From Longimicrobiales bacterium (GTDB taxonomy: Bacteria > Gemmatimonadota > Gemmatimonadetes > Longimicrobiales > Gaopeijiaceae): 64,000 bases of DNA. The notes beneath the pieces were generated by a model. That model worked only from the letters and a program-made list of their open reading frames with translations. It made no database searches and was not told the origin of the DNA. The first letter of the stretch is position 1, and each line of letters starts with the position of its first letter. The translations under genes and the position numbers were made by a program. Of the stretch, positions 1 through 9,813 are shown in pieces. Where the stretch lies: the NCBI GenBank assembly GCA_965203485.1, contig OZ241892.1:2784001-2848000 (forward strand). The letters run 5' to 3'.

Positions 1-3000
1 GACGGCTGGCCGTCGTCGTCGGCGATCGCGAGCGTCGCGGCGTCCGGGTTCGTCGCGCCGTGCGCGTTCGCCGCCGCCGCCGTGACGGTCACGCTCTTGT
101 CGGGCTCGTCGAGGTCGTTGTCGACGGCCGAGACGCTCACGGCGCCCGTGCTCGACGTGTCGCCGGCAGCGATCGCGAGCGTCTTGTTCGCGCTCGCCGC
201 GAAGTCGCCGGCGACGGTGCCGGCGCCGGCGGCGAACGCGACGGTCACCGTCGTCGCGCGCTCCGACGCCGGGCTCATCGTCGCGCGCACGACGGCCGAG
301 CTGTTCGCGCCGCTCTCGGCGATCGTCGAGCGCGACAGCACGAGCTTGACCTTCGGCGTCGCCTCGTCGTCCTCGATCGTCAGCGTCGCGTCCGCGGGGT
401 TCGAGTAGCCGCCGATCGCGTTCGCGACGGCGCCCGACACGGCGACCTGCTTGTTCGGGCCGTCGAGCGCGTTGTCGACGGCCCTGACCGTCACGGCGCC
501 CGTGCTCGACGTGTCGCCAGCGGCGATCGTCAGCGTCCTGTTCGCGCTCAGCGCGAAGTCGGACGAGTCGGCGTTCGCGCCCGGCGCCGCGCTCACCGTC
601 ACCGTCGTCGCGGCGCTCGACCGCCCGCTCAGATGCGCCGTCACCGTCGTCCACACGACGCCCTGCACGCGCTCGGGCAGCGTCGAGCGCGACAGCGACA
701 GCGAGACGGCCGGCGCCGCGTCGTCGTCCGTGATCGTGCCCGTGCCCGTGCCCGCCGCTACCGTCGCGTTCGTCGGCGCGCTCAGCCGGGCGACCACCGT
801 CTCGTCCGGCTCGTCCACCGCGTCGCCCCTGACCGTCACGGCGAAGCTCTTCAGCGTGTCGCCCGCCGCGAACGTCAGGATCGCGTCCGAGAACACCGAG
901 TAGTCCGCCGCGCGCGTCGCCGTGCCCGTCTGCGCGTCGGCGACCTTGACCGTGACCCGCCGGCCGCTCGGCGCGCTCAACCTGACCTGGAACGTGAGCG
1001 CCGCCGTCTCGCCGGCCGCGCCCTCGGCGACGCTCGGCGAGCTGACCGACAGCGACGGCTGGCCGTCGTCGTCGGCGATCGCGAGCGTCGCGGCGTCCGG
1101 GTTCGTCGCGCCGTGCGCGTTCGCCGCCGCCGCCGTGACGGTCACGCTCTTGTCGGGCTCGTCGAGGTCGTTGTCGACGGCCGAGACGCTCACGGCGCCC
1201 GTGCTCGACGTGTCGCCGGCGGCGATCGCGAGCGTCTTGTTCGCGCTCGCCGCGAAGTCGCCGGCGACGGTGCCGGCGCCGGCGGCGAACGCGACGGTCA
1301 CCGTCGTCGCGCGCTCCGACGCCGGGCTCATCGTCGCGCGCACGACGGCCGAGCTGTTCGCGCCGCTCTCGGCGATCGTCGAGCGCGACAGCACGAGCTT
1401 GACCTTCGGCGTCGCCTCGTCGTCCTCGATCGTCAGCGTCGCGTCCGCGGGGTTCGAGTAGCCGCCGATCGCGTTCGCGACGGCGCCCGACACGGCGACC
1501 TGCTTGTTCGGGCCGTCGAGCGCGTTGTCGACGGCCCTGACCGTCACGGCGCCCGTGCTCGACGTGTCGCCAGCGGCGATCGTCAGCGTCCTGTTCGCGC
1601 TCAGCGCGAAGTCGGACGAGTCGGCGTTCGCGCCCGGCGCCGCGCTCACCGTCACCGTCGTCGCGGCGCTCGACCGCCCGCTCAGATGCGCCGTCACCGT
1701 CGTCCACACGACGCCCTGCACGCGCTCGGGCAGCGTCGAGCGCGACAGCGACAGCGAGACGGCCGGCGCCGCGTCGTCGTCCGTGATCGTGCCCGTGCCC
1801 GTGCCCGCCGCTACCGTCGCGTTCGTCGGCGCGCTCAGCCGGGCGACCACCGTCTCGTCCGGCTCGTCCACCGCGTCGCCCCTGACCGTCACGGCGAAGC
1901 TCTTCAGCGTGTCGCCCGCCGCGAACGTCAGGATCGCGTCCGAGAACACCGAGTAGTCCGCCGCGCGCGTCGCCGTGCCCGTCTGCGCGTCGGCGACCTT
2001 GACCGTGACCCGCCGGCCGCTCGGCGCGCTCAACCTGACCTGGAACGTGAGCGCCGCCGTCTCGCCGGCCGCGCCCTCGGCGACGCTCGGCGAGCTGACC
2101 GACAGCGACGGCTGGCCGTCGTCGTCGGCGATCGCGAGCGTCGCGGCGTCCGGGTTCGTCGCGCCGTGCGCGTTCGCCGCCGCCGCCGTGACGGTCACGC
2201 TCTTGTCGGGCTCGTCGAGGTCGTTGTCGACGGCCGAGACGCTCACGGCGCCCGTGCTCGACGTGTCGCCGGCGGCGATCGCGAGCGTCTTGTTCGCGCT
2301 CGCCGCGAAGTCGCCGGCGACGGTGCCGGCGCCGGCGGCGAACGCGACGGTCACCGTCGTCGCGCGCTCCGACGCCGGGCTCATCGTCGCGCGCACGACG
2401 GCCGAGCTGTTCGCGCCGCTCTCGGCGATCGTCGAGCGCGACAGCACGAGCTTGACCTTCGGCGTCGCCTCGTCGTCCTCGATCGTCAGCGTCGCGTCCG
2501 CGGGGTTCGAGTAGCCGCCGATCGCGTTCGCGACGGCGCCCGACACGGCGACCTGCTTGTTCGGGCCGTCGAGCGCGTTGTCGACGGCCCTGACCGTCAC
2601 GGCGCCCGTGCTCGACGTGTCGCCAGCGGCGATCGTCAGCGTCCTGTTCGCGCTCAGCGCGAAGTCGGACGAGTCGGCGTTCGCGCCCGGCGCCGCGCTC
2701 ACCGTCACCGTCGTCGCGGCGCTCGACCGCCCGCTCAGATGCGCCGTCACCGTCGTCCACACGACGCCCTGCACGCGCTCGGGCAGCGTCGAGCGCGACA
2801 GCGACAGCGAGACGGCCGGCGCCGCGTCGTCGTCCGTGATCGTGCCCGTGCCCGTGCCCGCCGCTACCGTCGCGTTCGTCGGCGCGCTCAGCCGGGCGAC
2901 CACCGTCTCGTCCGGCTCGTCCACCGCGTCGCCCCTGACCGTCACGGCGAAGCTCTTCAGCGTGTCGCCCGCCGCGAACGTCAGGATCGCGTCCGAGAAC

Positions 3001-6000
3001 ACCGAGTAGTCCGCCGCGCGCGTCGCCGTGCCCGTCTGCGCGTCGGCGACCTTGACCGTGACCCGCCGGCCGCTCGGCGCGCTCAGCCTGACCTGGAACG
3101 TGAGCGCCGCCGTCTCGCCGGCCGCGCCCTCGGCGACGCTCGGCGAGCTGACCGACAGCGACGGCTGGCCGTCGTCGTCGGCGATCGCGAGCGTCGCGGC
3201 GTCCGGGTTCGTCGCGCCGTGCGCGTTCGCCGCCGCCGCCGTGACGGTCACGCTCTTGTCGGGCTCGTCGAGGTCGTTGTCGACGGCCGAGACGCTCACG
3301 GCGCCCGTGCTCGACGTGTCGCCGGCGGCGATCGCGAGCGTCTTGTTCGCGCTCGCCGCGAAGTCGCCGGCGACGGTGCCGGCGCCGGCGGCGAACGCGA
3401 CGGTCACCGTCGTCGCGCGCTCCGACGCCGGGCTCATCGTCGCGCGCACGACGGCCGAGCTGTTCGCGCCGCTCTCGGCGATCGTCGAGCGCGACAGCAC
3501 GAGCTTGACCTTCGGCGTCGCCTCGTCGTCCTCGATCGTCAGCGTCGCGTCCGCGGGGTTCGAGTAGCCGCCGATCGCGTTCGCGACGGCGCCCGACACG
3601 GCGACCTGCTTGTTCGGGCCGTCGAGCGCGTTGTCGACGGCCCTGACCGTCACGGCGCCCGTGCTCGACGTGTCGCCAGCGGCGATCGTCAGCGTCCTGT
3701 TCGCGCTCAGCGCGAAGTCGGACGAGTCGGCGTTCGCGCCCGGCGCCGCGCTCACCGTCACCGTCGTCGCGGCGCTCGACCGCCCGCTCAGATGCGCCGT
3801 CACCGTCGTCCACACGACGCCCTGCACGCGCTCGGGCAGCGTCGAGCGCGACAGCGACAGCGAGACGGCCGGCGCCGCGTCGTCGTCCGTGATCGTGCCC
3901 GTGCCCGTGCCCGCCGCTACCGTCGCGTTCGTCGGCGCGCTCAGCCGGGCGACCACCGTCTCGTCCGGCTCGTCCACCGCGTCGCCCCTGACCGTCACGG
4001 CGAAGCTCTTCAGCGTGTCGCCCGCCGCGAACGTCAGGATCGCGTCCGAGAACACCGAGTAGTCCGCCGCGCGCGTCGCCGTGCCCGTCTGCGCGTCGGC
4101 GACCTTGACCGTGACCCGCCGGCCGCTCGGCGCGCTCAACCTGACCTGGAACGTGAGCGCCGCCGTCTCGCCGGCCGCGCCCTCGGCGACGCTCGGCGAG
4201 CTGACCGACAGCGACGGCTGGCCGTCGTCGTCGGCGATCGCGAGCGTCGCGGCGTCCGGGTTCGTCGCGCCGTGCGCGTTCGCCGCCGCCGCCGTGACGG
4301 TCACGCTCTTGTCGGGCTCGTCGAGGTCGTTGTCGACGGCCGAGACGCTCACGGCGCCCGTGCTCGACGTGTCGCCGGCGGCGATCGCGAGCGTCTTGTT
4401 CGCGCTCGCCGCGAAGTCGGCGGCGACGGTGCCGGCGCCGGCGGCGAACGCGACGGTCACCGTCGTCGCGCGCTCCGACGCCGGGCTCATCGTCGCGCGC
4501 ACGACGGCCGAGCTGTTCGCGCCGCTCTCGGCGATCGTCGAGCGCGACAGCACGAGCTTGACCTTCGGCGTCGCCTCGTCGTCCTCGATCGTCAGCGTCG
4601 CGTCCGCGGGGTTCGAGTAGCCGCCGATCGCGTTCGCGACGGCGCCCGACACGGCGACCTGCTTGTTCGGGCCGTCGAGCGCGTTGTCGACGGCCCTGAC
4701 CGTCACGGCGCCCGTGCTCGACGTGTCGCCAGCGGCGATCGTCAGCGTCCTGTTCGCGCTCAGCGCGAAGTCGGACGAGTCGGCGTTCGCGCCCGGCGCC
4801 GCGCTCACCGTCACCGTCGTCGCGGCGCTCGACCGCCCGCTCAGATGCGCCGTCACCGTCGTCCACACGACGCCCTGCACGCGCTCGGGCAGCGTCGAGC
4901 GCGACAGCGACAGCGAGACGGCCGGCGCCGCGTCGTCGTCCGTGATCGTGCCCGTGCCCGTGCCCGCCGCTACCGTCGCGTTCGTCGGCGCGCTCAGCCG
5001 GGCGACCACCGTCTCGTCCGGCTCGTCCACCGCGTCGCCCCTGACCGTCACGGCGAAGCTCTTCAGCGTGTCGCCCGCCGCGAACGTCAGGATCGCGTCC
5101 GAGAACACCGAGTAGTCCGCCGCGCGCGTCGCCGTGCCCGTCTGCGCGTCGGCGACCTTGACCGTGACCCGCCGGCCGCTCGGCGCGCTCAACCTGACCT
5201 GGAACGTCAGCGCCGCCGTCTCGCCGGCCGCGCCCTCGGCGACGCTCGGCGAGCTGACCGACAGCGACGGCTGGCCGTCGTCGTCGGCGATCGCGAGCGT
5301 CGCGGCGTCCGGGTTCGTCGCGCCGTGCGCGTTCGCCGCCGCCGCCGTGACGGTCACGCTCTTGTCGGGCTCGTCGAGGTCGTTGTCGACGGCCGAGACG
5401 CTCACGGCGCCCGTGCTCGACGTGTCGCCGGCAGCGATCGCGAGCGTCTTGTTCGCGCTCGCCGCGAAGTCGCCGGCGACGGTGCCGGCGCCGGCGGCGA
5501 ACGCGACGGTCACCGTCGTCGCGCGCTCCGACGCCGGGCTCATCGTCGCGCGCACGACGGCCGAGCTGTTCGCGCCGCTCTCGGCGATCGTCGAGCGCGA
5601 CAGCACGAGCTTGACCTTCGGCGTCGCCTCGTCGTCCTCGATCGTCAGCGTCGCGTCCGCGGGGTTCGAGTAGCCGCCGATCGCGTTCGCGACGGCGCCC
5701 GACACGGCGACCTGCTTGTTCGGGCCGTCGAGCGCGTTGTCGACGGCCCTGACCGTCACGGCGCCCGTGCTCGACGTGTCGCCAGCGGCGATCGTCAGCG
5801 TCCTGTTCGCGCTCAGCGCGAAGTCGGACGAGTCGGCGTTCGCGCCCGGCGCCGCGCTCACCGTCACCGTCGTCGCGGCGCTCGACCGCCCGCTCAGATG
5901 CGCCGTCACCGTCGTCCACACGACGCCCTGCACGCGCTCGGGCAGCGTCGAGCGCGACAGCGACAGCGAGACGGCCGGCGCCGCGTCGTCGTCCGTGATC

Positions 6001-6324
6001 GTGCCCGTGCCCGTGCCCGCCGCTACCGTCGCGTTCGTCGGCGCGCTCAGCCGGGCGACCACCGTCTCGTCCGGCTCGTCCACCGCGTCGCCCCTGACCG
6101 TCACGGCGAAGCTCTTCAGCGTGTCGCCCGCCGCGAACGTCAGGATCGCGTCCGAGAACACCGAGTAGTCCGCCGCGCGCGTCGCCGTGCCCGTCTGCGC
6201 GTCGGCGACCTTGACCGTGACCCGCCGGCCGCTCGGCGCGCTCAACCTGACCTGGAACGTCAGCGCCGCCGTCTCGCCGGCCGCGCCCTCGGCGACGCTC
6301 GGCGAGCTGACCGACAGCGACGGC
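1..6324. repeat. Tandem repeat, 1053-bp unit (351 aa, three Calx-beta-like domains), 6 copies visible
   Basis: Shadow ORFs recur at exact 1053-bp offsets (451, 1504, 2557, 3610, 4663, 5716); only a few SNPs seen between units. Confidence 0.98.
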
Positions 6325-6440
6325 AGTGATTCCTGCGCAACAACGCCCACGCGCGCGGCACCGAAAAGCAAGACAACGGGAACTGCCAGAAGACGCAGAG
6401 CGCCCGCAGGCACAGCTCGGATCGCAACCAACCGGGACAT
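1..6440 (-). CDS. Giant secreted Calx-beta repeat protein (adhesin-like), 5' part only (>2146 aa; runs off window start)
   Basis: Hand translation: ATG at 6440, signal peptide MSRLVAIRAVPAGALRLLAVPVVLLFGAARVGVVA|QES, then an open frame to position 1 with Calx-beta-like motifs (SVAEG...ADY...LTFAAGDT...GDAVDEPDETV...GTITDDD; TLTIEDDE; TLAIADDD). The + strand ORFs here are antisense shadows. Confidence 0.93.
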   Translation of the reverse strand, partial: MSRLVAIRAVPAGALRLLAVPVVLLFGAARVGVVAQESLPSLSVSSPSVAEGAAGETAALTFQVRLSAPSGRRVTVKVADAQTGTATRAADYSVFSDAILTFAAGDTLKSFAVTVRGDAVDEPDETVVARLSAPTNATVAAGTGTGTITDDDAAPAVSLSLSRSTLPERVQGVVWTTVTAHLSGRSSAATTVTVSAAPGANADSSDFALSANRTLTIAAGDTSSTGAVTVRAVDNALDGPNKQVAVSGAVANAIGGYSNPADATLTIEDDEATPKVKLVLSRSTIAESGANSSAVVRATMSPASERATTVTVAFAAGAGTVAGDFAASANKTLAIAAGDTSSTGAVSVSAVDNDLDEPDKSVTVTAAAANAHGATNPDAATLAIADDDGQPSLSVSSPSVAEGAAGETAALTFQVRLSAPSGRRVTVKVADAQTGTATRAADYSVFSDAILTFAAGDTLKSFAVTVRGDAVDEPDETVVARLSAPTNATVAAGTGTGTITDDDAAPAVSLSLSRSTLPERVQGVVWTTVTAHLSGRSSAATTVTVSAAPGANADSSDFALSANRTLTIAAGDTSSTGAVTVRAVDNALDGPNKQVAVSGAVANAIGGYSNPADATLTIEDDEATPKVKLVLSRSTIAESGANSSAVVRATMSPASERATTVTVAFAAGAGTVAADFAASANKTLAIAAGDTSSTGAVSVSAVDNDLDEPDKSVTVTAAAANAHGATNPDAATLAIADDDGQPSLSVSSPSVAEGAAGETAALTFQVRLSAPSGRRVTVKVADAQTGTATRAADYSVFSDAILTFAAGDTLKSFAVTVRGDAVDEPDETVVARLSAPTNATVAAGTGTGTITDDDAAPAVSLSLSRSTLPERVQGVVWTTVTAHLSGRSSAATTVTVSAAPGANADSSDFALSANRTLTIAAGDTSSTGAVTVRAVDNALDGPNKQVAVSGAVANAIGGYSNPADATLTIEDDEATPKVKLVLSRSTIAESGANSSAVVRATMSPASERATTVTVAFAAGAGTVAGDFAASANKTLAIAAGDTSSTGAVSVSAVDNDLDEPDKSVTVTAAAANAHGATNPDAATLAIADDDGQPSLSVSSPSVAEGAAGETAALTFQVRLSAPSGRRVTVKVADAQTGTATRAADYSVFSDAILTFAAGDTLKSFAVTVRGDAVDEPDETVVARLSAPTNATVAAGTGTGTITDDDAAPAVSLSLSRSTLPERVQGVVWTTVTAHLSGRSSAATTVTVSAAPGANADSSDFALSANRTLTIAAGDTSSTGAVTVRAVDNALDGPNKQVAVSGAVANAIGGYSNPADATLTIEDDEATPKVKLVLSRSTIAESGANSSAVVRATMSPASERATTVTVAFAAGAGTVAGDFAASANKTLAIAAGDTSSTGAVSVSAVDNDLDEPDKSVTVTAAAANAHGATNPDAATLAIADDDGQPSLSVSSPSVAEGAAGETAALTFQVRLSAPSGRRVTVKVADAQTGTATRAADYSVFSDAILTFAAGDTLKSFAVTVRGDAVDEPDETVVARLSAPTNATVAAGTGTGTITDDDAAPAVSLSLSRSTLPERVQGVVWTTVTAHLSGRSSAATTVTVSAAPGANADSSDFALSANRTLTIAAGDTSSTGAVTVRAVDNALDGPNKQVAVSGAVANAIGGYSNPADATLTIEDDEATPKVKLVLSRSTIAESGANSSAVVRATMSPASERATTVTVAFAAGAGTVAGDFAASANKTLAIAAGDTSSTGAVSVSAVDNDLDEPDKSVTVTAAAANAHGATNPDAATLAIADDDGQPSLSVSSPSVAEGAAGETAALTFQVRLSAPSGRRVTVKVADAQTGTATRAADYSVFSDAILTFAAGDTLKSFAVTVRGDAVDEPDETVVARLSAPTNATVAAGTGTGTITDDDAAPAVSLSLSRSTLPERVQGVVWTTVTAHLSGRSSAATTVTVSAAPGANADSSDFALSANRTLTIAAGDTSSTGAVTVRAVDNALDGPNKQVAVSGAVANAIGGYSNPADATLTIEDDEATPKVKLVLSRSTIAESGANSSAVVRATMSPASERATTVTVAFAAGAGTVAGDFAASANKTLAIAAGDTSSTGAVSVSAVDNDLDEPDKSVTVTAAAANAHGATNPDAATLAIADDDGQP

Positions 6441-6464
6441 CTCCAACGCCTACAATCTTCCTAT

Positions 6465-6493
6465 GTCACAAGTGGACGTATTTGCCGTGTCAA
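6465..6493 (-). promoter_or_regulatory. Candidate sigma70 promoter of the adhesin (consensus -35 TTGACA at 6493-6488; -10 weak)
   Basis: TTGACA directly follows the poly-C tract on the minus strand; no good -10 at 17-nt spacing (TGTGAC). Confidence 0.35.
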
Positions 6494-6515
6494 GGGGGGG
6501 GGGGGGGGGGGGGGG
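6494..6515. repeat. G22 homopolymer (C22 on the adhesin strand)
   Basis: 22 consecutive G counted, 54-75 nt upstream of the adhesin ATG. Confidence 0.95.
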
Positions 6516-6943
6516 ATCGGGACCTCCTTTCGTCCTTGTCGATCGTTGCGTCCAGTCGTTGCACAAATGCGATGCAAGCGCTCCCTGCCAAGCGCCGATC
6601 CGGCGGCGCGGCCTACGTGCTCGGTGGTAATGATCGCGATGAGAGACGACAGGCCAATCCGCCTAGGCGCGCCCCGGCGGCGGCACCCCCCGTGCACATG
6701 TCGCTCACGGCGGAAACAGCGGTGGGCTTCCGCTCGCGCAAGCCCGACCGCCTGGGGAAGCCGTCGACCGTTCTGCCAAGTCCTCATGGCCAACCGTTAG
6801 AGTTCTGGGTCGCCCCGGAGCGCGACGCGGCCGATTGCGGGCAGCCTGCGAGGCGTTACGATCCCCCGGGGACGCACGTTCCAGCCGCCCCGTCCTTCGC
6901 GCAAGCCCTACGAGCCAGCCACCCACCCCTCGGCCCAGCTCCC

Positions 6944-8467
6944 ATGGTCCAGCAACGCTTGACGTCCAGCCTCCGGCTCGCCCTGCTCACCGCCATCGCC
7001 GCCTTCAGCCCAGCCGGCGCGATCCAGCCGGCCTCCCAAGAGGCATCCGTCCAAGAACGCTACGACGTGGTGCTCGCCGGCGGGCGCGTCATGGACCCCG
7101 AGTCCGACCGGGACGAGATCGCGCACGTGGGCATCCGCGGCTCGGAGATCGCGGCGATCTCCGCCGAACCGCTGGCGAGCGACGTGGTCCTGGACGTGTC
7201 GGGACTCGTCGTGGCGCCCGGCTTCGTCGACCTGCACGCTCACGGCCAAACCAATCGCGCCAACGAGTTCCAGGCGCGCGACGGAGTCACAACGGCCCTC
7301 GAGCTCGAAAGCGGCGTCGCGGACCCCGCTTCGTTCCTGGCTCGCAGGGGCGCCGGCGCGATCCTCAACTACGGAACGTCCGTGTCGCACATGTCCGCCC
7401 GCGTCTGGGCGATGCCGGGCCGGGCGCAATCGTTGCGAAGGGCCTTGGCCACGCTCGCGACCAACCCGGACGCCGGCGGGCAAGCGCTCGGCCGCCTGGG
7501 CTCCGCCGCCCGCTACGACGCGGTGGACCCGGCCGACTACCCGGCGCTGGACGAGGCGCTCGAGCGCGGACTCGGGCAGGGCGCGCTGGGCATCGGCATG
7601 GCGCACCAGTACTTCCCCGGCGCGACCCGCGAAGAAGTGCTCCACGTCTTCAAGTTCGCCGCCGACAACCAGGCCACGATCTACACGCACGTCCGAAGCA
7701 TGGGACTGGGAGCCGTCCAGGAAGTCGTGGCCAACGCCGCGGTCACGGGCGCCGCGCTGCACGTCGTCCACGTCAACAGCTCCAGCCTGGGCGCGATCTC
7801 GCCCGTGCTGGACCTGATCGGCGGCGCGAGAACGCGTGGCATAGACGTCACCACGGAAGCCTATCCCTACACTGCCGCGTCCACGGAGTTGCAGTCTGCA
7901 ATCTTCGACCCCGGCTGGCAGGACCGGCTCGGCATCGGCTACGGCGACATCCAGGTGCAGGACACCGGCGAGCGGCTCACGGAGGCGAGCTTCCGGCGGC
8001 GGCGAGCAAGCGGCGGCACCGTAATCATCCACATGATGCGGCCCGAATGGATTCGCCAGGCGGTCGCCCGCAACTTCGTGATGATCGCGTCGGACGGAAT
8101 GCCCTACGCGCCGGGCGCGCATCCGAGGAGCGCGGGGACCTTCTCGCGCTTTCTGGGCCGCTACGTCCGGGACGACGGCGTGGTCTCGCTGATGGACGGA
8201 CTGGAGCGAATCACGCTCATGCCCGCTCGGCGGATGGAGGCGGTATCCGACCAGATGGCGGCAAAGGGCAGATTGCGCGTGGGCGCGGACGCCGACATCG
8301 CCGTATTCGACCCCGAGCGGATCCTGGACACGGCGACGTTCGAGGACGACCTCTCCCTGTCCGTCGGCGTAGTGCACGTGCTGGTAGCGGGCGAGTTCGT
8401 CGTGCGCGACGAAGAGAACGTGGAAGGCGCGCTTCCCGGCCGCGCCGTGACCGGAAGGTGGCAGTAG
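6944..8467 (+). CDS. Secreted amidohydrolase (D-aminoacylase/dihydroorotase-like family)
   Basis: Signal peptide; VAPGFVDLHAH metal motif; IASDG, HPRSAGTFSRFLG, GRLRVGADADIAVFDP. Confidence 0.88.
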   Translation: MVQQRLTSSLRLALLTAIAAFSPAGAIQPASQEASVQERYDVVLAGGRVMDPESDRDEIAHVGIRGSEIAAISAEPLASDVVLDVSGLVVAPGFVDLHAHGQTNRANEFQARDGVTTALELESGVADPASFLARRGAGAILNYGTSVSHMSARVWAMPGRAQSLRRALATLATNPDAGGQALGRLGSAARYDAVDPADYPALDEALERGLGQGALGIGMAHQYFPGATREEVLHVFKFAADNQATIYTHVRSMGLGAVQEVVANAAVTGAALHVVHVNSSSLGAISPVLDLIGGARTRGIDVTTEAYPYTAASTELQSAIFDPGWQDRLGIGYGDIQVQDTGERLTEASFRRRRASGGTVIIHMMRPEWIRQAVARNFVMIASDGMPYAPGAHPRSAGTFSRFLGRYVRDDGVVSLMDGLERITLMPARRMEAVSDQMAAKGRLRVGADADIAVFDPERILDTATFEDDLSLSVGVVHVLVAGEFVVRDEENVEGALPGRAVTGRWQ

Positions 8468-8639
8468 CGGCGCGTGTCCGGCTCGCAGCAACCGGCGACT
8501 CCGAAGGCAATGGCCAAGTCCGTCCATCCGCGTCTTTCGGCTAGGCGCGAGCGGGCGCCCGGGGACTCGGTTCGGCAGGTCGGCCACCGCGTTGACTGAC
8601 GCCCCACGTTCCGGCCGCGCAACGCCCGCCGAGAAGGCC

Positions 8640-9809
8640 ATGCCGCCGCCCGCGAATCGGTTCGACTTGGCGATCGTCGGCGCGGGGCCTTGCGGTCTCG
8701 CGGCGGCGGTCGCCGCCAAGAAGCGGGGTCTCGCCTACGTCGTCTTCGACCGCGGTTGCGTTGCCCATTCGCTCACGCGCTACCCGTACTACATGACGTT
8801 CTTCTCGACGGCGGAGCGGCTGGAGATCGGGGGCGTCCCCTTCGCGATCGCGGAACCCAAGCCAACGCGCCGGGAGGCGCTGGCGTACTACCGGCACGTC
8901 GTCCGCAGCCATCGCCTGGCCGTGAGGCAGTACCAGGAGGTCGTGGACGTCAGGCGCGAGCCGGGACCGCCGGGGAAGGGGCGCGCGGGCTTTCGCTTGC
9001 GGACGGTGAAGTGCCGGGCCGCTTTCGGCGGGCCGCGGTCGGGAATGGACGGACAGCGGGACGGCGGCGGCGGAACGCGGTGGGGGACGAAGGGACGCCG
9101 TGCCGGCGGCGGTTCGCTGGCGGAGGAATCGCGGCGGCCTTCGGGCTCCGGGGCCTCCGGAGAAGTCTTTGCCGGGGCGGTCGTGGTTGCCACCGGGGGA
9201 CTGGGCGAGCCCAACCGGCTGGACATCCCGGTCGCGCCCGAGGAATACGCGGAGCGCGTCGTCCACTACTACACCGAGCCCTACGCCTACTTCGACCAGG
9301 ACGTGATGGTGGTCGGCGGCGGGAACTCCGCCGTGGAAGCGGCGCTGGACCTTCACCGCAACGGCGCGCGCGTCCGGATGGCGCATTTCGGCGCCGAGCT
9401 GGACAGGGGCGTGAAGCCGTGGGTCCGCCCCGACATCGGCAACCGCATCGCGTCCGGCGAGATCCCCATGCATTGGCGTTCGCGCGTGACCCGGATGGAC
9501 CGCGACGGCGTCTCGATTCGCAACGAGCAGACCGGCGCCGAGTCGCGGGCGCCCGCCGACTACGTGCTCGCGATGACGGGATGGCGCCCCGACCGGACCC
9601 TCTTGGCCGCGTTGGGCGCCGACGTGGACCCGGACACGGGCATCCCCCTGCACGACTCGTCCACCATGGAGACCTCGGTACCGGGCTTGTACGTCGCCGG
9701 GGTGATCGCAGCCGGCAACGACGCCAACAAGATCTTCATCGAGAACGGCAGGGAGCACGGCGCCCTCGTCGCCGCCGCCGTGGCCAGCCGCAAGGGCCGG
9801 CGGCCCTAG
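8640..9809 (+). CDS. YpdA-family FAD/NAD(P) disulfide oxidoreductase
   Basis: IVGAGPCGLA; YPYYMTFFSTAERLEIGGVPF; KPTRREALAYY; VVGGGNSA; NDANKIFIENGREH. Confidence 0.88.
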   Translation: MPPPANRFDLAIVGAGPCGLAAAVAAKKRGLAYVVFDRGCVAHSLTRYPYYMTFFSTAERLEIGGVPFAIAEPKPTRREALAYYRHVVRSHRLAVRQYQEVVDVRREPGPPGKGRAGFRLRTVKCRAAFGGPRSGMDGQRDGGGGTRWGTKGRRAGGGSLAEESRRPSGSGASGEVFAGAVVVATGGLGEPNRLDIPVAPEEYAERVVHYYTEPYAYFDQDVMVVGGGNSAVEAALDLHRNGARVRMAHFGAELDRGVKPWVRPDIGNRIASGEIPMHWRSRVTRMDRDGVSIRNEQTGAESRAPADYVLAMTGWRPDRTLLAALGADVDPDTGIPLHDSSTMETSVPGLYVAGVIAAGNDANKIFIENGREHGALVAAAVASRKGRRP

Positions 9810-9813
9810 CCTC

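Noticed and set aside
1..6324. Repeat array as a CRISPR or non-coding array
   Set aside because: The unit is 1053 bp, in frame and coding, with no variable spacers.
60..6329. 2089-aa Arg-rich + strand ORF and the recurring 150/179-aa ORFs
   Set aside because: Antisense shadows of the minus-strand Calx-beta gene.
6461..6793. Minus-strand ORF reading the C22 tract as poly-Pro, as a possible frameshift switch for the adhesin
   Set aside because: The adhesin frame has a TAG at 6452-50 and its own ATG and signal peptide, so no tract length would fuse them.
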